Assembly (NCBI GenBank): GCA_045590475.1
Contig: JAZNQZ010000038.1
Coordinates: 1,700 to 65,699 of the forward strand
Length of the DNA stretch: 64,000 nt
Direction of reading: 5' to 3'
Source: Christensenellaceae bacterium
GTDB taxonomy: Bacteria > Bacillota > Clostridia > Christensenellales > Borkfalkiaceae
Shown here: piece after piece, positions 8,790 through 18,585 of the stretch
How the letters are laid out: each line of letters starts with the position of its first letter
How positions within the stretch are numbered: the stretch's first letter is position 1
Program-made: the position numbers and the translations under genes
The notes under the pieces: generated by a model
Databases searched by the model: none
Told to the model about the DNA's origin: nothing
What the model saw: only the letters and a program-made list of their open reading frames with translations

Positions 8790-10889
8790 ATGAACGGCGT
8801 AAATATTCCTGAAATTTTCGGTTCAATGGTATTTAACGATAAGGTTATGAAAGAGAAATTGCCTAAGCACGCTTACGAAGCAGTTCGTTTAGCGAAAGAT
8901 GAAGGTAAGCCTCTTTCTCACGAAGTTGCAAAGATAGTTGCATCTGCTATGAAAGATTGGGCTATCTCTAAGGGGGCAACGCACTTTACTCATTGGTTCC
9001 AACCGATGACGGGTATCACTGCAGAAAAGCACGATAGTTTCGTTGAACCTTACGGTGATGGAGACGTTATTTTAAAGTTTTCAGAAAAATCTTTAGTTAA
9101 AGGTGAATCTGATGCTTCTAGTTTTCCATCAGGTGGACTTCGCGCGACCTTTGAAGCGCGTGGTTATACTGCTTGGGACCCAACTTCATACGCTTTCGTA
9201 AAAGACGGCAGTTTATATATTCCTACTGCATTTTGTTCTTACGGTGGAGAAGCGCTTGATAAAAAGACTCCGCTTCTTCGTTCGATGGACGCATTTAACG
9301 TTCAAGCACTCCGTATTTTAAGATTATTCGGCAATAAAACTGCAAAAAAAGTTACGCCAACGGTTGGCGCTGAACAAGAGTACTTTTTGATTGATAAAAG
9401 CGTTTACGAATCTCGTCTTGACTTAGTTCATTGTGGAAGAACGCTTTTCGGTGCGCGCCCAGCCAAAGGTCAAGAACTTGAAGACCATTATTACGGCGCA
9501 ATTAAACCTAGAGTTTCTGCATTTATGAAGGAACTTGACGAAGAACTTTGGAAACTCGGCGTTTACGCTAAAACTAAACATAACGAAGCCGCGCCTGCTC
9601 AACACGAACTTGCGCCTGTATACACTTCAACTAACATTTCTTCCGACCAAAACCAACTTACAATGGAACTTATGAAGAGCGTTGCAAATAGGCACGACCT
9701 AGTTTGCTTGCTTCATGAAAAACCATTTGCATCGGTTAACGGAAGCGGTAAGCATAACAACTGGTCTATCACTACCGATTTAGGCGAAAACTTGTTAGAA
9801 CCGGGTGCAACTCCTGCTCAAAACGCACAATTCTTGCTATTCTTAATGGCTGTTATTAAAGGTGTTGACGAATATCAAGATTTGCTTAGAATAAGCGTTG
9901 CATCTGCTGGTAATGACCATCGTTTAGGCGCTGATGAAGCCCCACCTGCAATAATTTCAATTTACTTAGGGGAAGAACTTGAAGGCGTTCTAAAGGCTAT
10001 TGAAAAAGGCGAAGAATATTTAGCGAAAGAAAAAGGCGAACTCAAAATCGGCGTATCCGTACTTCCAACTATTCCTAAAGATTCAACCGATAGAAATAGA
10101 ACTTCTCCGTTTGCATTTACGGGGAATAAGTTTGAATTCCGTATGGTTGGTTCATCAACTAATATTGCGTGTCCTAACTTTATTATAAATACGATAGTTG
10201 CCGAAGAATTAAGGGTTTTCGCAGATAGACTTGAAAATGCTGACGACTTTAACGCTCAATTAAATGAATTAATCAAGGAAACAATAGTAAACCATAAGCG
10301 CATTTTGTTTAGTGGTAACAACTATTCTAAGGAATGGGAAATCGAAGCGGAAAGAAGGGGATTATTAAACCTTAAAACCACGGTTGACGCACTTCCACGA
10401 TATATTGATGCTAAGAATATTGAACTTTTTGAAAAACATAAAGTTTTGTCAGCGCAAGAAATTCATTCTCGTATGGAAATCTTGCTTGAAAATTATTGCA
10501 ACATCGTTCATATTGAAGCGCTTACTGCTATCGATATGGCTAGAAAAGAGATTACCCCTGCAGTTATTGATTACGAAACTTTCTTGCTTAAAGAATTGAA
10601 ACTTAAAAAGAAATTTAAAAAACTTTTCTGCAGTTTAGAAGAAAAACTCATTGAAAAGTTAGCAAATCTATCACAAGAATTCTCGATTGCTCTCGATAAA
10701 TTGGTTATCGATGCTGAAAACTATAACGCTTCTTGGGATAATCTTAAAAAAGCACAATATTGTGAAAAAGTTTTACTTAAAGATATGTGTGATTTGCGTG
10801 AGTTTGCAGATGCTATGGAAATGCTTATCGGTAAAGATTTTTCTGCATTCCCTGCATACGAAGATATTTTATATAGTGTAAAATATTAA
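8790..10889 (+). CDS. glnN: Glutamine synthetase, type III
   Basis: 699 aa, the GSIII size class. N-terminal FGSMVFNDKVMKEKLPK, catalytic-domain motifs EQEYFLID, NEAAPAQHELAP, NGSGKHNNWS, strong SD aaggag. Confidence 0.88.
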   Translation: MNGVNIPEIFGSMVFNDKVMKEKLPKHAYEAVRLAKDEGKPLSHEVAKIVASAMKDWAISKGATHFTHWFQPMTGITAEKHDSFVEPYGDGDVILKFSEKSLVKGESDASSFPSGGLRATFEARGYTAWDPTSYAFVKDGSLYIPTAFCSYGGEALDKKTPLLRSMDAFNVQALRILRLFGNKTAKKVTPTVGAEQEYFLIDKSVYESRLDLVHCGRTLFGARPAKGQELEDHYYGAIKPRVSAFMKELDEELWKLGVYAKTKHNEAAPAQHELAPVYTSTNISSDQNQLTMELMKSVANRHDLVCLLHEKPFASVNGSGKHNNWSITTDLGENLLEPGATPAQNAQFLLFLMAVIKGVDEYQDLLRISVASAGNDHRLGADEAPPAIISIYLGEELEGVLKAIEKGEEYLAKEKGELKIGVSVLPTIPKDSTDRNRTSPFAFTGNKFEFRMVGSSTNIACPNFIINTIVAEELRVFADRLENADDFNAQLNELIKETIVNHKRILFSGNNYSKEWEIEAERRGLLNLKTTVDALPRYIDAKNIELFEKHKVLSAQEIHSRMEILLENYCNIVHIEALTAIDMARKEITPAVIDYETFLLKELKLKKKFKKLFCSLEEKLIEKLANLSQEFSIALDKLVIDAENYNASWDNLKKAQYCEKVLLKDMCDLREFADAMEMLIGKDFSAFPAYEDILYSVKY

Positions 10890-10900
10890 TAAATAAAATA

Positions 10901-10928
10901 AAAAAGCACTGATATTAAGTGCTTTTTT
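10901..10928. terminator. Bidirectional terminator between convergent glnN and trmO
   Basis: aaaaagcact-gatatta-agtgcttttt: the stem is flanked by an A-run and a T-run. Confidence 0.65.
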
Positions 10929-11613
10929 ATTTAAGTTTTTCGGCTGAAAGAACCGTTAAAATTTTATCGTTAACGATAAATTTTATATTTACGTTGTTAA
11001 AAGTGAGTCCATATTCTTTACCGTCGTCTTGATACGATGGGCGAGGGTCGTCTTCAAGGCACTCTAAAAGTGCTTTATATTTTTCGGCTGAAAAAAGTTC
11101 TTCAATTTCTTTTGGGCAGTTAACGGTTAACTTATAATTTGAAAATTCATCAGCGTAGCCACCCTTTGCGTCGATATGACAGTCGGTAAAGGGTAGATAA
11201 GGTTTAATATCGTAAATTGGGGTTTTATCGATTAAATCAGCGCCCGAAACCAATATAGTTGTGCCAAATTCTTTGGTTTTTTCTAAACCCATAAATTTAA
11301 CTGAAGAAAGACCTATGTTATTAGGGCGAAATGGGGAACGGCTTGCAAAAACGCCAACTTTTTTATTCCCACCAAGCCTTGGTGGGCGAACTAAAAAGGA
11401 AGGTTTTTCGGTGTGTGCTTTTGAAAAATCAAATATAATCCATAGGTGAGAAAAACCGTCAATTCCACGAAGTGCATCGTCGTTTCTAAATTCAGGTAAA
11501 AATATAATTCTAGATATCAAGTTGGGCGCTCTTCCACTTTGGCGAGGAACACCAAATTTATCTTTAAAATCACTTTCGATATAGCCGATTGGCTTAATTT
11601 CAAATTTTTTCAT
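10927..11613 (-). CDS. trmO: tRNA (N6-threonylcarbamoyladenosine(37)-N6)-methyltransferase TrmO (TsaA family)
   Basis: IGYIESDFKDKFGVPRQSG, SHLWIIFDF, FASRSPFRPNNIGLS motifs typical of TsaA/TrmO. Confidence 0.85.
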   Translation of the reverse strand: MKKFEIKPIGYIESDFKDKFGVPRQSGRAPNLISRIIFLPEFRNDDALRGIDGFSHLWIIFDFSKAHTEKPSFLVRPPRLGGNKKVGVFASRSPFRPNNIGLSSVKFMGLEKTKEFGTTILVSGADLIDKTPIYDIKPYLPFTDCHIDAKGGYADEFSNYKLTVNCPKEIEELFSAEKYKALLECLEDDPRPSYQDDGKEYGLTFNNVNIKFIVNDKILTVLSAEKLK

Positions 11614-11665
11614 ATTGATATTATAACCCTGTTTTTAAATTAAGTCTAATCTTTTTTTAAGTTTA

Positions 11666-11700
11666 ATAAAAAATACGCTAAATATTTATTTAGCGTATTT
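11666..11700 (-). terminator. Terminator downstream of the cytidylate-kinase-like gene
   Basis: aaatacgctaaata/tatttagcgtattt 14-nt perfect palindromic arms (11671-11684 / 11687-11700). The A-run on the + strand gives a U-run on the - strand transcript. Confidence 0.65.
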
Positions 11701-11714
11701 TAATTTATGAGTTA

Positions 11715-12332
11715 TTATTGTTTAGCCCAGCGCTTAATCATTTCAGCAATAGAACTAGCAAGTTCATCTAAATTTTTCCAATCCGTAGTATTTACGATTA
11801 AGTGATAAGATTTTCTATGACCCCATTCGCCGTCAACTATTAAAAATCTAGTGCGTGCACGATTTTTATCAATGCGTTGAATTTTCTTTTTTAACGCTTT
11901 ATCGGTAAGATTTTCATCTTTGTCGGCGCGCGCTTTACAGCGTTCAATCTTTGATTGCATACTTGCACATACGAAAATATTAAACGGATTATGTTCGTGC
12001 AAAATAACGTCGGCATTTCTACCAACTATAACGCAGTTATTTCCTTTTTCGGCGATTTCTTCAATAACTTTTCTTTGCTCAATCAAAAGTTTAGTTTGAG
12101 GAGCATCGTATACTAATGGCGAAACGAAAGAGTGGCTAAAAGTTAAAGGAATTGAGTGTAAAATATTAGAATCAAGCGTATCGTCAACGTATTTTTCGTC
12201 TAAATTGTGACGTTCGGCAATCGTTGAGATTATTTCCTTGTCATAATAATCATATCCTAATTTTTCAGCGATAAGTTTAGCAAGTTCTCTACCGCCACTA
12301 CCAAATTCACGACTAATTGTGATAACGTTCAT
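11715..12332 (-). CDS. Cytidylate kinase-like family protein (AAA/P-loop, Cytidylate_kin2-like)
   Basis: ITISREFGSGGRELAKLIAEKLGYDYYDKEII N-terminus is typical of the family. The start is moved to the ATG at 12332 (MNVITIS...), preceded by gggagg. Confidence 0.7.
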   Translation of the reverse strand: MNVITISREFGSGGRELAKLIAEKLGYDYYDKEIISTIAERHNLDEKYVDDTLDSNILHSIPLTFSHSFVSPLVYDAPQTKLLIEQRKVIEEIAEKGNNCVIVGRNADVILHEHNPFNIFVCASMQSKIERCKARADKDENLTDKALKKKIQRIDKNRARTRFLIVDGEWGHRKSYHLIVNTTDWKNLDELASSIAEMIKRWAKQ

Positions 12333-12391
12333 ATGAAAGCCTCCCAAAATAAAAATAAAAAACCTATAAATAAAGGCTTATTTACGTATTT

Positions 12392-12420
12392 ATTATACTA
12401 TAAACTACCAAAAATTTCAA
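12392..12420 (-). promoter_or_regulatory. Sigma-70-type promoter candidate for the cytidylate-kinase-like gene (TTGAAA-17-TATAAT on the - strand)
   Basis: On the minus strand: TTGAAA (12415-12420), 17-nt spacer, TATAAT (12392-12397). Confidence 0.5.
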
Positions 12421-12473
12421 TACCTTTTTTAAAAAAGGCTAACTATAAGGGAAAAAATAGAATAATTTATAAA

Positions 12474-12498
12474 CAAAAAAAGTGCCAAAATCGGCACT
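12474..12498 (-). terminator. Terminator downstream of the TSCPD-domain gene
   Basis: agtgcc/ggcact stem (12481-12486 / 12493-12498). The A7 run on the + strand gives a U-run after the hairpin on the - strand. Confidence 0.55.
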
Positions 12499-12503
12499 TT
12501 AAT

Positions 12504-12782
12504 TTATTTTTTCTTTTTTTCTATTTCTGGGTTAGCAAGTTTATATTTATATTCTTCTAACGCAGTTGCAAGTTGGTCTCCACACGAAGTATTACTTCTA
12601 CATTTAATGCCCTTAAGAAGCCCTATAACTTCATCAACGGGCTTACCGTCAACAAGTTTTGCAATTGCTTGCAAGTTACCACTACAGCCACCGATAAACT
12701 TAACGTTGATAAGTTTCATATCTTCGGTCACGTCAAATAAGATTTGTCTAGAACAAGTTCCTTTGGTCATATAAGTTTGCAT
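12504..12782 (-). CDS. TSCPD-domain / TIGR03905-like four-cysteine protein (function unknown)
   Basis: 92 aa containing GTCSR...FIGGCSGNLQAI...CGDQLA, matching my recollection of this small clostridial family. SD aaggag 6 nt upstream. Confidence 0.65.
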   Translation of the reverse strand: MQTYMTKGTCSRQILFDVTEDMKLINVKFIGGCSGNLQAIAKLVDGKPVDEVIGLLKGIKCRSNTSCGDQLATALEEYKYKLANPEIEKKKK

Positions 12783-12810
12783 AAAATTCTCCTTATTAAG
12801 TTAAGATTTA

Positions 12811-13335
12811 TCAATCAACGAGATGTTCGTAAATATCGCGGTAAACGTCCGACGCTTTTTCACCCCATTTTTTATAAATATCTTTTGCAATTTGTCTATT
12901 CGGCACAACTAGTTTAAGTTCTAAAACCGGTTGAGCAGGTTCGATAATTTTTAAGTACGCCGTATAAGTACCGTCTTTATTCATAAAATAATCGGCAACG
13001 CATTCTTGTTTTCTGCGATACTTGGTGCGATTATTCTTAATGAAGATAGAAATTTCTTCACGGGTAGAAGCGGGAATATTAATAAAAAAGTTTGCAAGGC
13101 AAATTCTTCCGTCAGGGGTAATGGTGTAAAGTGGTTCGCCATTGTTACCAATATTGTAAATCCAACCACAATCGAGAAGTTGGTTCAATATGAGTTGACA
13201 ATCCATGTAAGCAATCCAGTTATTTGAAGAGCAACACATATCAAGCACCGTATTTTCAGAAAGCGGTACTTCCATTTTGTCAAAGACAAAGAGCAATATT
13301 AATTTGTTTAATGAAGAATCCCCTTTGACTTGCAT
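12811..13335 (-). CDS. DUF4364-like protein (putative winged-helix regulator-like, function unknown)
   Basis: N-terminal pattern LNKLILLFVFDKMEVPLSENTVLDM...LILNQLLDCGWIY resembles DUF4364. The start is moved to the ATG at 13335 (MQVKGD...), with ggaga/aggtg upstream. Confidence 0.5.
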   Translation of the reverse strand: MQVKGDSSLNKLILLFVFDKMEVPLSENTVLDMCCSSNNWIAYMDCQLILNQLLDCGWIYNIGNNGEPLYTITPDGRICLANFFINIPASTREEISIFIKNNRTKYRRKQECVADYFMNKDGTYTAYLKIIEPAQPVLELKLVVPNRQIAKDIYKKWGEKASDVYRDIYEHLVD

Positions 13336-13548
13336 AACACCTAAATCTCCACGATACTGTTGTTTAATTATATCATAAAAATACAATTTGTAAAGAACTT
13401 TGCTAAAAAATTTGCAAAATTATGACAAAAAAAGTTTATAATAGGGTGATAATGTGATATAATTAGAAATATAAAATGGCTTAAAGCAATTAATCATTTA
13501 CCACTAATCTAAAAAATTTTTTAATAAACGGTTTGGGGGATAAAATTT

Positions 13549-14361
13549 GTGAATAAAATTGATGAATTAAACTTGTTCTTAGAACGCGCTGACGAACTTA
13601 TTGACAGTAAGTATATTTTAGCAGACGTTAAACTTTCTAACTTTCTTAAAAGTATAGCAGTTTCAAGCACTCTTTTAGCACTTTTTCAAAATTGCTTAAC
13701 TGATTTTGATTATTATGGAGCGCAAAAGAAATACTTTGTTAAAAGTCAACATTTATCAGCCGATAAAGGCGAGTTTGTATTACCTGCTAACTCAAGGGAA
13801 CTTTTGGCGTTTATTTTTAACATTTTAGTTGATATTGACGCTAAAAAAATTGACTTAAACCAAATGTTATTAAAATATTTCTTCGTTGACGGAAGTTGTT
13901 CTGCTTCATACGATGCGTTTACAAACGCTATGATTAAACCGTTTAGAAACACCGTTAAAATGCTTATGGAAAGCGTTATTGAAGGCAAACTTCAAGACCC
14001 TATTGAAGCCTTAACAGAAGAAGAAAATCGCAGAGCAAGAGAAAAAGAAGAACAAGAGCAAACGGAAAAGAGAGAACGCGAACTTCTTAAAAAAGCATAC
14101 GGTTTGAGTTTAAAAACTATTAGAGAAATTTTAACTTTAGACAAGAAAAAAGTTAAGGAAAGCAAGTTAAGTGACCAAGTTAAAGATGAAATTATTTTAG
14201 TTATAGATATGCTTGCCAACGTTTTAGAAAGTGAAGATAAAGATGCTATCGTTTACGCGTTTATTTCTTATAAATACGTTGCAAAGACCAAGCCGATATT
14301 ATTTTTCAATAGAGTAAACAAAATCGGTAAACTCATAAAGGACGTTTTAAATGGAATTTAA
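13549..14361 (+). CDS. Hypothetical protein with a central charged coiled-coil segment
   Basis: 270-aa ORF with a GTG start preceded by ggggga. Contains a charged stretch EEENRRAREKEEQEQTEKRERELLKK. It overlaps the downstream NUDIX gene by 11 nt. I recognise no family. Confidence 0.55.
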   Translation: MNKIDELNLFLERADELIDSKYILADVKLSNFLKSIAVSSTLLALFQNCLTDFDYYGAQKKYFVKSQHLSADKGEFVLPANSRELLAFIFNILVDIDAKKIDLNQMLLKYFFVDGSCSASYDAFTNAMIKPFRNTVKMLMESVIEGKLQDPIEALTEEENRRAREKEEQEQTEKRERELLKKAYGLSLKTIREILTLDKKKVKESKLSDQVKDEIILVIDMLANVLESEDKDAIVYAFISYKYVAKTKPILFFNRVNKIGKLIKDVLNGI

Positions 14362-14869
14362 AGAAAAGACCTTAGAAAAAGAATGCGTTTATAATGGCAA
14401 AATTCTTTCTCTAAGAAAAGATATCGCTCTTTTACCAAACGGAAACACCGCTATTCGTGAAGTGGTTGTTCACAGTGGTGGAAGTGCGATTTTATGTGAA
14501 AAAGACTGGAAAATTCTTTTAGTTAAGCAGTTTAGATATCCTTTTGGTGAGGAAATTTACGAACTTCCCGCAGGTAAACTTAACGACGGAGAAACGCCCG
14601 AGCAAACTGCTATTCGCGAACTAGAAGAAGAGTGTGGGATAAAAGCCGAAAAAATAGAAAAAATGTTTGATATTTATCCAACCCCTGCATATAACACGGA
14701 AATTACTAGTATTTTTAGGGTGCTTGAGTTTAATGAAACAGCAGTTCACTTAGACGAAGATGAGTTTTTATCGAGTGTGTGGATAGAAAAAGAAAAGTTA
14801 AAAGAGATGATTGAAAAAGGCGAAATTAAAGATGCAAAAACTTTGATTGCGCTTCTTAGAATTTTATAA
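14351..14869 (+). CDS. nudF: NUDIX hydrolase, ADP-ribose pyrophosphatase-like
   Basis: Nudix box GKLNDGETPEQTAIRELEEECGI and the YNGKILSLRKD N-terminal pattern typical of ADP-ribose pyrophosphatases. Confidence 0.8.
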   Translation: MEFKEKTLEKECVYNGKILSLRKDIALLPNGNTAIREVVVHSGGSAILCEKDWKILLVKQFRYPFGEEIYELPAGKLNDGETPEQTAIRELEEECGIKAEKIEKMFDIYPTPAYNTEITSIFRVLEFNETAVHLDEDEFLSSVWIEKEKLKEMIEKGEIKDAKTLIALLRIL

Positions 14870-14887
14870 TAAAAGGACGGACCTATT

Positions 14888-16711
14888 TTGAAAAGAACTG
14901 ACATTAGAAACGTTGCAATTATCGCGCACGTTGACCACGGTAAAACCACTTTAGTTAACGAAATGTTAAAACAAGGTGGAATTTTCCGTGATAATCAAGA
15001 AGTTATGGATAGAGTTATGGACTCTGGCGACTTAGAGCGCGAAAGGGGAATAACTATTTTAGCAAAGAATACTTCTGCATTTTATAACGGAGTAAAAATA
15101 AACGTAGTTGATACTCCGGGCCACGCAGATTTTGGTGGTGAAGTTGAACGTGTTTTGAAGATGGTAAACGGCGTTTTAGTTTTGGTTGACGCGTGTGAAG
15201 GACCTATGCCACAAACCCGTTTCGTTATGCAAAAGGCGTTAGAACTAAATCATAAATTGATAATAGTAGTAAATAAAATTGACCGTCCTGATGCAAGGCT
15301 TTCGGAAGTCCAAGATGAAATTTTAGAACTTTTGTTTGACCTTAACGCCAGTGACGAACAAATTGACAGTCCTATAATTTTCTGTTCGGGAAGAGCGGGA
15401 ACGGCAACATTAGATTATAATAAGCCGGGTAAAGACTTAACTCCACTTTTTGAAACTATTGTAAACCATTTTGAACCTCAAGACGTTGATATGGACGCGC
15501 CTTTCCAAATGTTAGTTTCTTCTATCGATTATAATGAGTACGTTGGTAGAATTGGTATCGGCAGAATTGAAAGGGGTAAGGTTAGTATAAATCAAGAAGT
15601 TCAAACTTGTAACTATAACGTTAAAGGAAAAGAAGTTAAAGGTAAGTTGGTTAGCATATATCAAATCGAAGGCTTAAATAGAGTTTCGGTTGAAGATGCA
15701 AAGGCTGGCGATATCGTATGCGTGAGTGGATTAGAAAACGTTTCGATAGGGGACACGATATGTTCTCCAAAACTCGTTGAACCCGTACCTTTCGTTAAGA
15801 TAAGCGAACCTACCGTTCAAATGCTTTTTTCGGTTAATGATAGTCCGTTTGCAGGGAAAGAAGGTAAATTCGTTACCACTCGTCATCTTCGCGATAGGTT
15901 GTTTAAGGAAATGCTAAAAGACGTTTCACTTCGCGTTGAAGAAACCGATTCAGCCGATTCTTATATGGTTTGTGGTCGTGGCGAAATGCACCTTTCAATT
16001 TTGATTGAAACTATGCGTAGAGCAGGTTACGAATTCCAAGTTGGCGCGCCAAAAGTTATGTATAAGTACGACGGTGATAAGGTGTTAGAACCTATGGAAA
16101 GGTTAGTCGTTGACGTTCCTGAAGATAAGACGGGAAGCGTATTTTCTAGTATGGGCGTTAGGAAGGGCGAACTTTTACAAATGGAAAACATCGGTAGTAG
16201 AATTAGACTTGAATTTAAAGTTCCAGCAAGGGGCTTGTTTGGGTATAAGAGTCAATTCTTAACCGAAACGCGTGGTGAAGGTGTGTTTAACACCCTTTTC
16301 TACGGATATGAAGAATTTAAGGGCGAAATTGAAAGAAGAGCCACCGGTTCTTTGGTTGCCTTTGAAACGGGTGAAGCAGTAACTTACGGGTTATTTAACG
16401 CACAGGGAAGGGGACAACTCTTTATCGGCGCAGGCACTCAAGTTTACGAAGGTATGGTAGTTGGCGTTTCACCAAAGAACGAAGACATCAGCGTTAACGT
16501 TTGCAAAAAGAAACACTTAACCAACACTCGTGCATCGGGTAGTGACGATGCGCTTCGACTTGAAACCCCTAAGATTATGAGTTTAGAAGAAGCAATGGAA
16601 TTTATAAACGATGACGAAATGCTTGAAATTACCCCAAAGAACGTTAGAATTAGAAAGAAGACGTTGGACACTGAAACAAGACTTAAAAGAAAAGCAAAAG
16701 GCTTAGAGTAA
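14888..16711 (+). CDS. typA: Translational GTPase TypA/BipA
   Basis: G1 [10 protein letters not shown]3 DTPGHADF, G4 NKIDR. 607 aa. TTG start after aaaggacgg. Confidence 0.95.
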   Translation: MKRTDIRNVAIIAHVDHGKTTLVNEMLKQGGIFRDNQEVMDRVMDSGDLERERGITILAKNTSAFYNGVKINVVDTPGHADFGGEVERVLKMVNGVLVLVDACEGPMPQTRFVMQKALELNHKLIIVVNKIDRPDARLSEVQDEILELLFDLNASDEQIDSPIIFCSGRAGTATLDYNKPGKDLTPLFETIVNHFEPQDVDMDAPFQMLVSSIDYNEYVGRIGIGRIERGKVSINQEVQTCNYNVKGKEVKGKLVSIYQIEGLNRVSVEDAKAGDIVCVSGLENVSIGDTICSPKLVEPVPFVKISEPTVQMLFSVNDSPFAGKEGKFVTTRHLRDRLFKEMLKDVSLRVEETDSADSYMVCGRGEMHLSILIETMRRAGYEFQVGAPKVMYKYDGDKVLEPMERLVVDVPEDKTGSVFSSMGVRKGELLQMENIGSRIRLEFKVPARGLFGYKSQFLTETRGEGVFNTLFYGYEEFKGEIERRATGSLVAFETGEAVTYGLFNAQGRGQLFIGAGTQVYEGMVVGVSPKNEDISVNVCKKKHLTNTRASGSDDALRLETPKIMSLEEAMEFINDDEMLEITPKNVRIRKKTLDTETRLKRKAKGLE

Positions 16712-16737
16712 CTTTAAGCCATATATACTGCGTGATA

Positions 16738-16782
16738 CGCGTAAAATTTGCGCATTTATTTGGTTGCGTATAAATATACGCG
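16738..16782 (+). repeat. Long imperfect inverted repeat (hairpin) in the typA 3' region
   Basis: cgcgtaaaatttgcgca (16738-16754) pairs with tgcgtataaatatacgcg (16765-16782): about 15 pairs with 2 mismatches and a 1-nt bulge. No adjacent U-run. Confidence 0.55.
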
Positions 16783-16854
16783 CCCTGCATAAATTGCTCA
16801 TTTTCCACGTCTTACTTGTATCTATGCCTTAAAAACAATTTAATAAATATTAAA

Positions 16855-16882
16855 AACCACTTCTTTTCACAAGTGGTTTTTT
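16855..16882 (+). terminator. Rho-independent terminator for typA
   Basis: aaccactt/aagtggtt 8-bp stem, 8-nt loop, T6 run. Confidence 0.75.
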
Positions 16883-16908
16883 ATTAAAGAGACTATTAAG
16901 TTTAAAAT

Positions 16909-16943
16909 AAAAAACGCTTTGCGAAAATTCGCAAAGCGTTTTT
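16909..16943 (-). terminator. Terminator for the NCS2 permease gene (bidirectional architecture)
   Basis: aacgctttgcgaa/ttcgcaaagcgtt 13-bp perfect stem flanked by an A-run and a T-run. Confidence 0.75.
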
Positions 16944-16963
16944 GAATTTTAGTTTTTAGATTA

Positions 16964-18412
16964 TCAGGTCAACAAGAATGTTGCAAGATATACTACTGCA
17001 AGAACCCAAGTTGCAACGCTGATTTCTTTAATCTTACCGGTGCAAACCTTAACTAAAACGTAAGCGATGATACCGTAACCGATACCTTTGTTAATGCTAT
17101 AACCTAAGCACATAATGATAAAGGTAATGAAAGCAACTACTGCTTCAACAGAGTCAGACCAATCAATATCTTTAACACCACTCATCATAAGAACGCCAAC
17201 CCAAACGAGAGCAGATGCAGTTGCGCATCTTGGAATAAGTTGAGCGATAGGTGATAAGAACATTGCAAGGATAAAGCAAATACCAGTAACTAAAGCGGTC
17301 ATACCGGTTTTACCACCGGCAGCAACACCAGAAGAAGATTCAACGAAAGTAGTAACGGTAGAAGTACCAGCAATAGCGCCAGCGCAAGTTGCAACTGCGT
17401 CAGAAAGCATGCACTTATTCATGTTAAGTGGAACGCCGTTTTCATCAAGTAAGCCACCCTTAGAGCATGCACCGTAAAGAGTACCAATAGTATCGAACAT
17501 ATCAATCATACAAAGAGAAAGAGCAGTTGTTACGATAAGAAGAACAAAACCACCTATATTACCACTAAATGCTGAGAATTTGAAACCTTCGGTAAATACC
17601 TTACCAAAACTTTCTTTACCCCAAGCACCGAAAGCATCGAAAGGATTTGAGAAAGAAACAGCAGCGAACATTTCTTTAGCGGCTGCATTTCCAGCGATTG
17701 CGCCAATACCATAAATAATATAGTAAAGAGCAGCAGCGCCTAAAAGACCCCAAAGGATAGCGCCCTTAACGTTCTTTTTAGAAAGAACTGCAATTAAGAT
17801 AACGCCAGCGAGAGCAACCACAGTAGGAACGGCTGAAGCGAAAGTAGCCTTACCTAAAACGTTGAAAGAAACTAAGGTAACAAGTGTAGCACCGTCAGCA
17901 ACGATGATGCCAGATTGTTGCATACCGATAAATGCAATAAATAAACCGATACCAACACCGATAGCCTTTCTAACAGCGGCAGGGATAGCTTCGAAAATTT
18001 TCTTTCTTGCACCGGTAACGCTAAGAATAATGAAGATAACGCCTTCTAAAAGGGTTAACATCATGCAGTTAGCATATGTAAGACCGGTATTGCCTAAGAT
18101 AAGAGAATAAACGATAAACGCGTTAATACCCATACCTGAAGCTTGTGCTAAAGGCATCTTAGCGAGGAACGCAATTAAAAGCGTACCAACGATAGCACCG
18201 ATAGCAGTTGCGATATACATTCCGCCGTAAGAAATACCAGCAACTGCACCTGCGTCAGAGAAGATGCCAGCATTTACCATGAGAATGTAAACCATAGCCA
18301 TAAAGGTGGTTACGCCGGCAATAATTTCAGTTTTCAAATTACTACCAGACTTCGTGATACCAAAAAAACTGTCTAATTTAGAAAGTTTTTTGGTTTCTTG
18401 AGTGTTTTCCAT
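16964..18412 (-). CDS. NCS2 family nucleobase permease (AzgA-type adenine/guanine/hypoxanthine permease)
   Basis: 482 aa, about 12-14 TM helices. N-terminus KLDSFFGITKSGSNLKTEIIAGVTTFMAMVYIL is typical of AzgA/PbuG-type permeases. Confidence 0.88.
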   Translation of the reverse strand: MENTQETKKLSKLDSFFGITKSGSNLKTEIIAGVTTFMAMVYILMVNAGIFSDAGAVAGISYGGMYIATAIGAIVGTLLIAFLAKMPLAQASGMGINAFIVYSLILGNTGLTYANCMMLTLLEGVIFIILSVTGARKKIFEAIPAAVRKAIGVGIGLFIAFIGMQQSGIIVADGATLVTLVSFNVLGKATFASAVPTVVALAGVILIAVLSKKNVKGAILWGLLGAAALYYIIYGIGAIAGNAAAKEMFAAVSFSNPFDAFGAWGKESFGKVFTEGFKFSAFSGNIGGFVLLIVTTALSLCMIDMFDTIGTLYGACSKGGLLDENGVPLNMNKCMLSDAVATCAGAIAGTSTVTTFVESSSGVAAGGKTGMTALVTGICFILAMFLSPIAQLIPRCATASALVWVGVLMMSGVKDIDWSDSVEAVVAFITFIIMCLGYSINKGIGYGIIAYVLVKVCTGKIKEISVATWVLAVVYLATFLLT

Positions 18413-18446
18413 AGAATAAACTCCTTTGTAAAAATTTTATACAATA

Positions 18447-18475
18447 ATAATACCACACAAAAGAAGGCTTTGCAA
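18447..18475 (-). promoter_or_regulatory. Sigma-70-type promoter candidate for the permease gene (TTGCAA-17-TGnTATTAT on the - strand)
   Basis: On the minus strand: TTGCAA (18470-18475), 17-nt spacer, tggTATTAT (-10 at 18447-18452). It leaves only a short leader. Confidence 0.45.
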
Positions 18476-18523
18476 TAATTTTTTTAAAATTTTTCAATAC
18501 TATTTCAAGGTTTTTTTATAAAT

Positions 18524-18567
18524 AAAAAAAGAGCATTGGGCTACATTGTGAGTCCTATGCTCTTTTT
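18524..18567 (-). terminator. Terminator downstream of the Cys-rich micro-protein gene
   Basis: agagcat-t-gggct ... agtcc-t-atgctct extended hairpin (18530-18563), flanked by A7 (a U-run on the - strand) and T5. Confidence 0.65.
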
Positions 18568-18585
18568 CTAAATTTTACGCGTTAT

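Noticed and set aside
12333-12391. Hairpin plus U-run (aagcct...aggtttttt on the minus strand) in the leader of the cytidylate-kinase-like gene, as a possible attenuator.
   Set aside because: The stem is 6 bp and weak, with a G-U pair, in low-complexity A/T sequence. Such structures are expected by chance here.
18413-18585. Purine (guanine/adenine) riboswitch expected upstream of the NCS2 nucleobase permease.
   Set aside because: The minus-strand upstream region is A/T-rich. The best promoter leaves only a ~35-nt leader. I cannot find the conserved three-way-junction core (the UAUAAU...GGAUAUGG...CCGUAAAU-like pattern).
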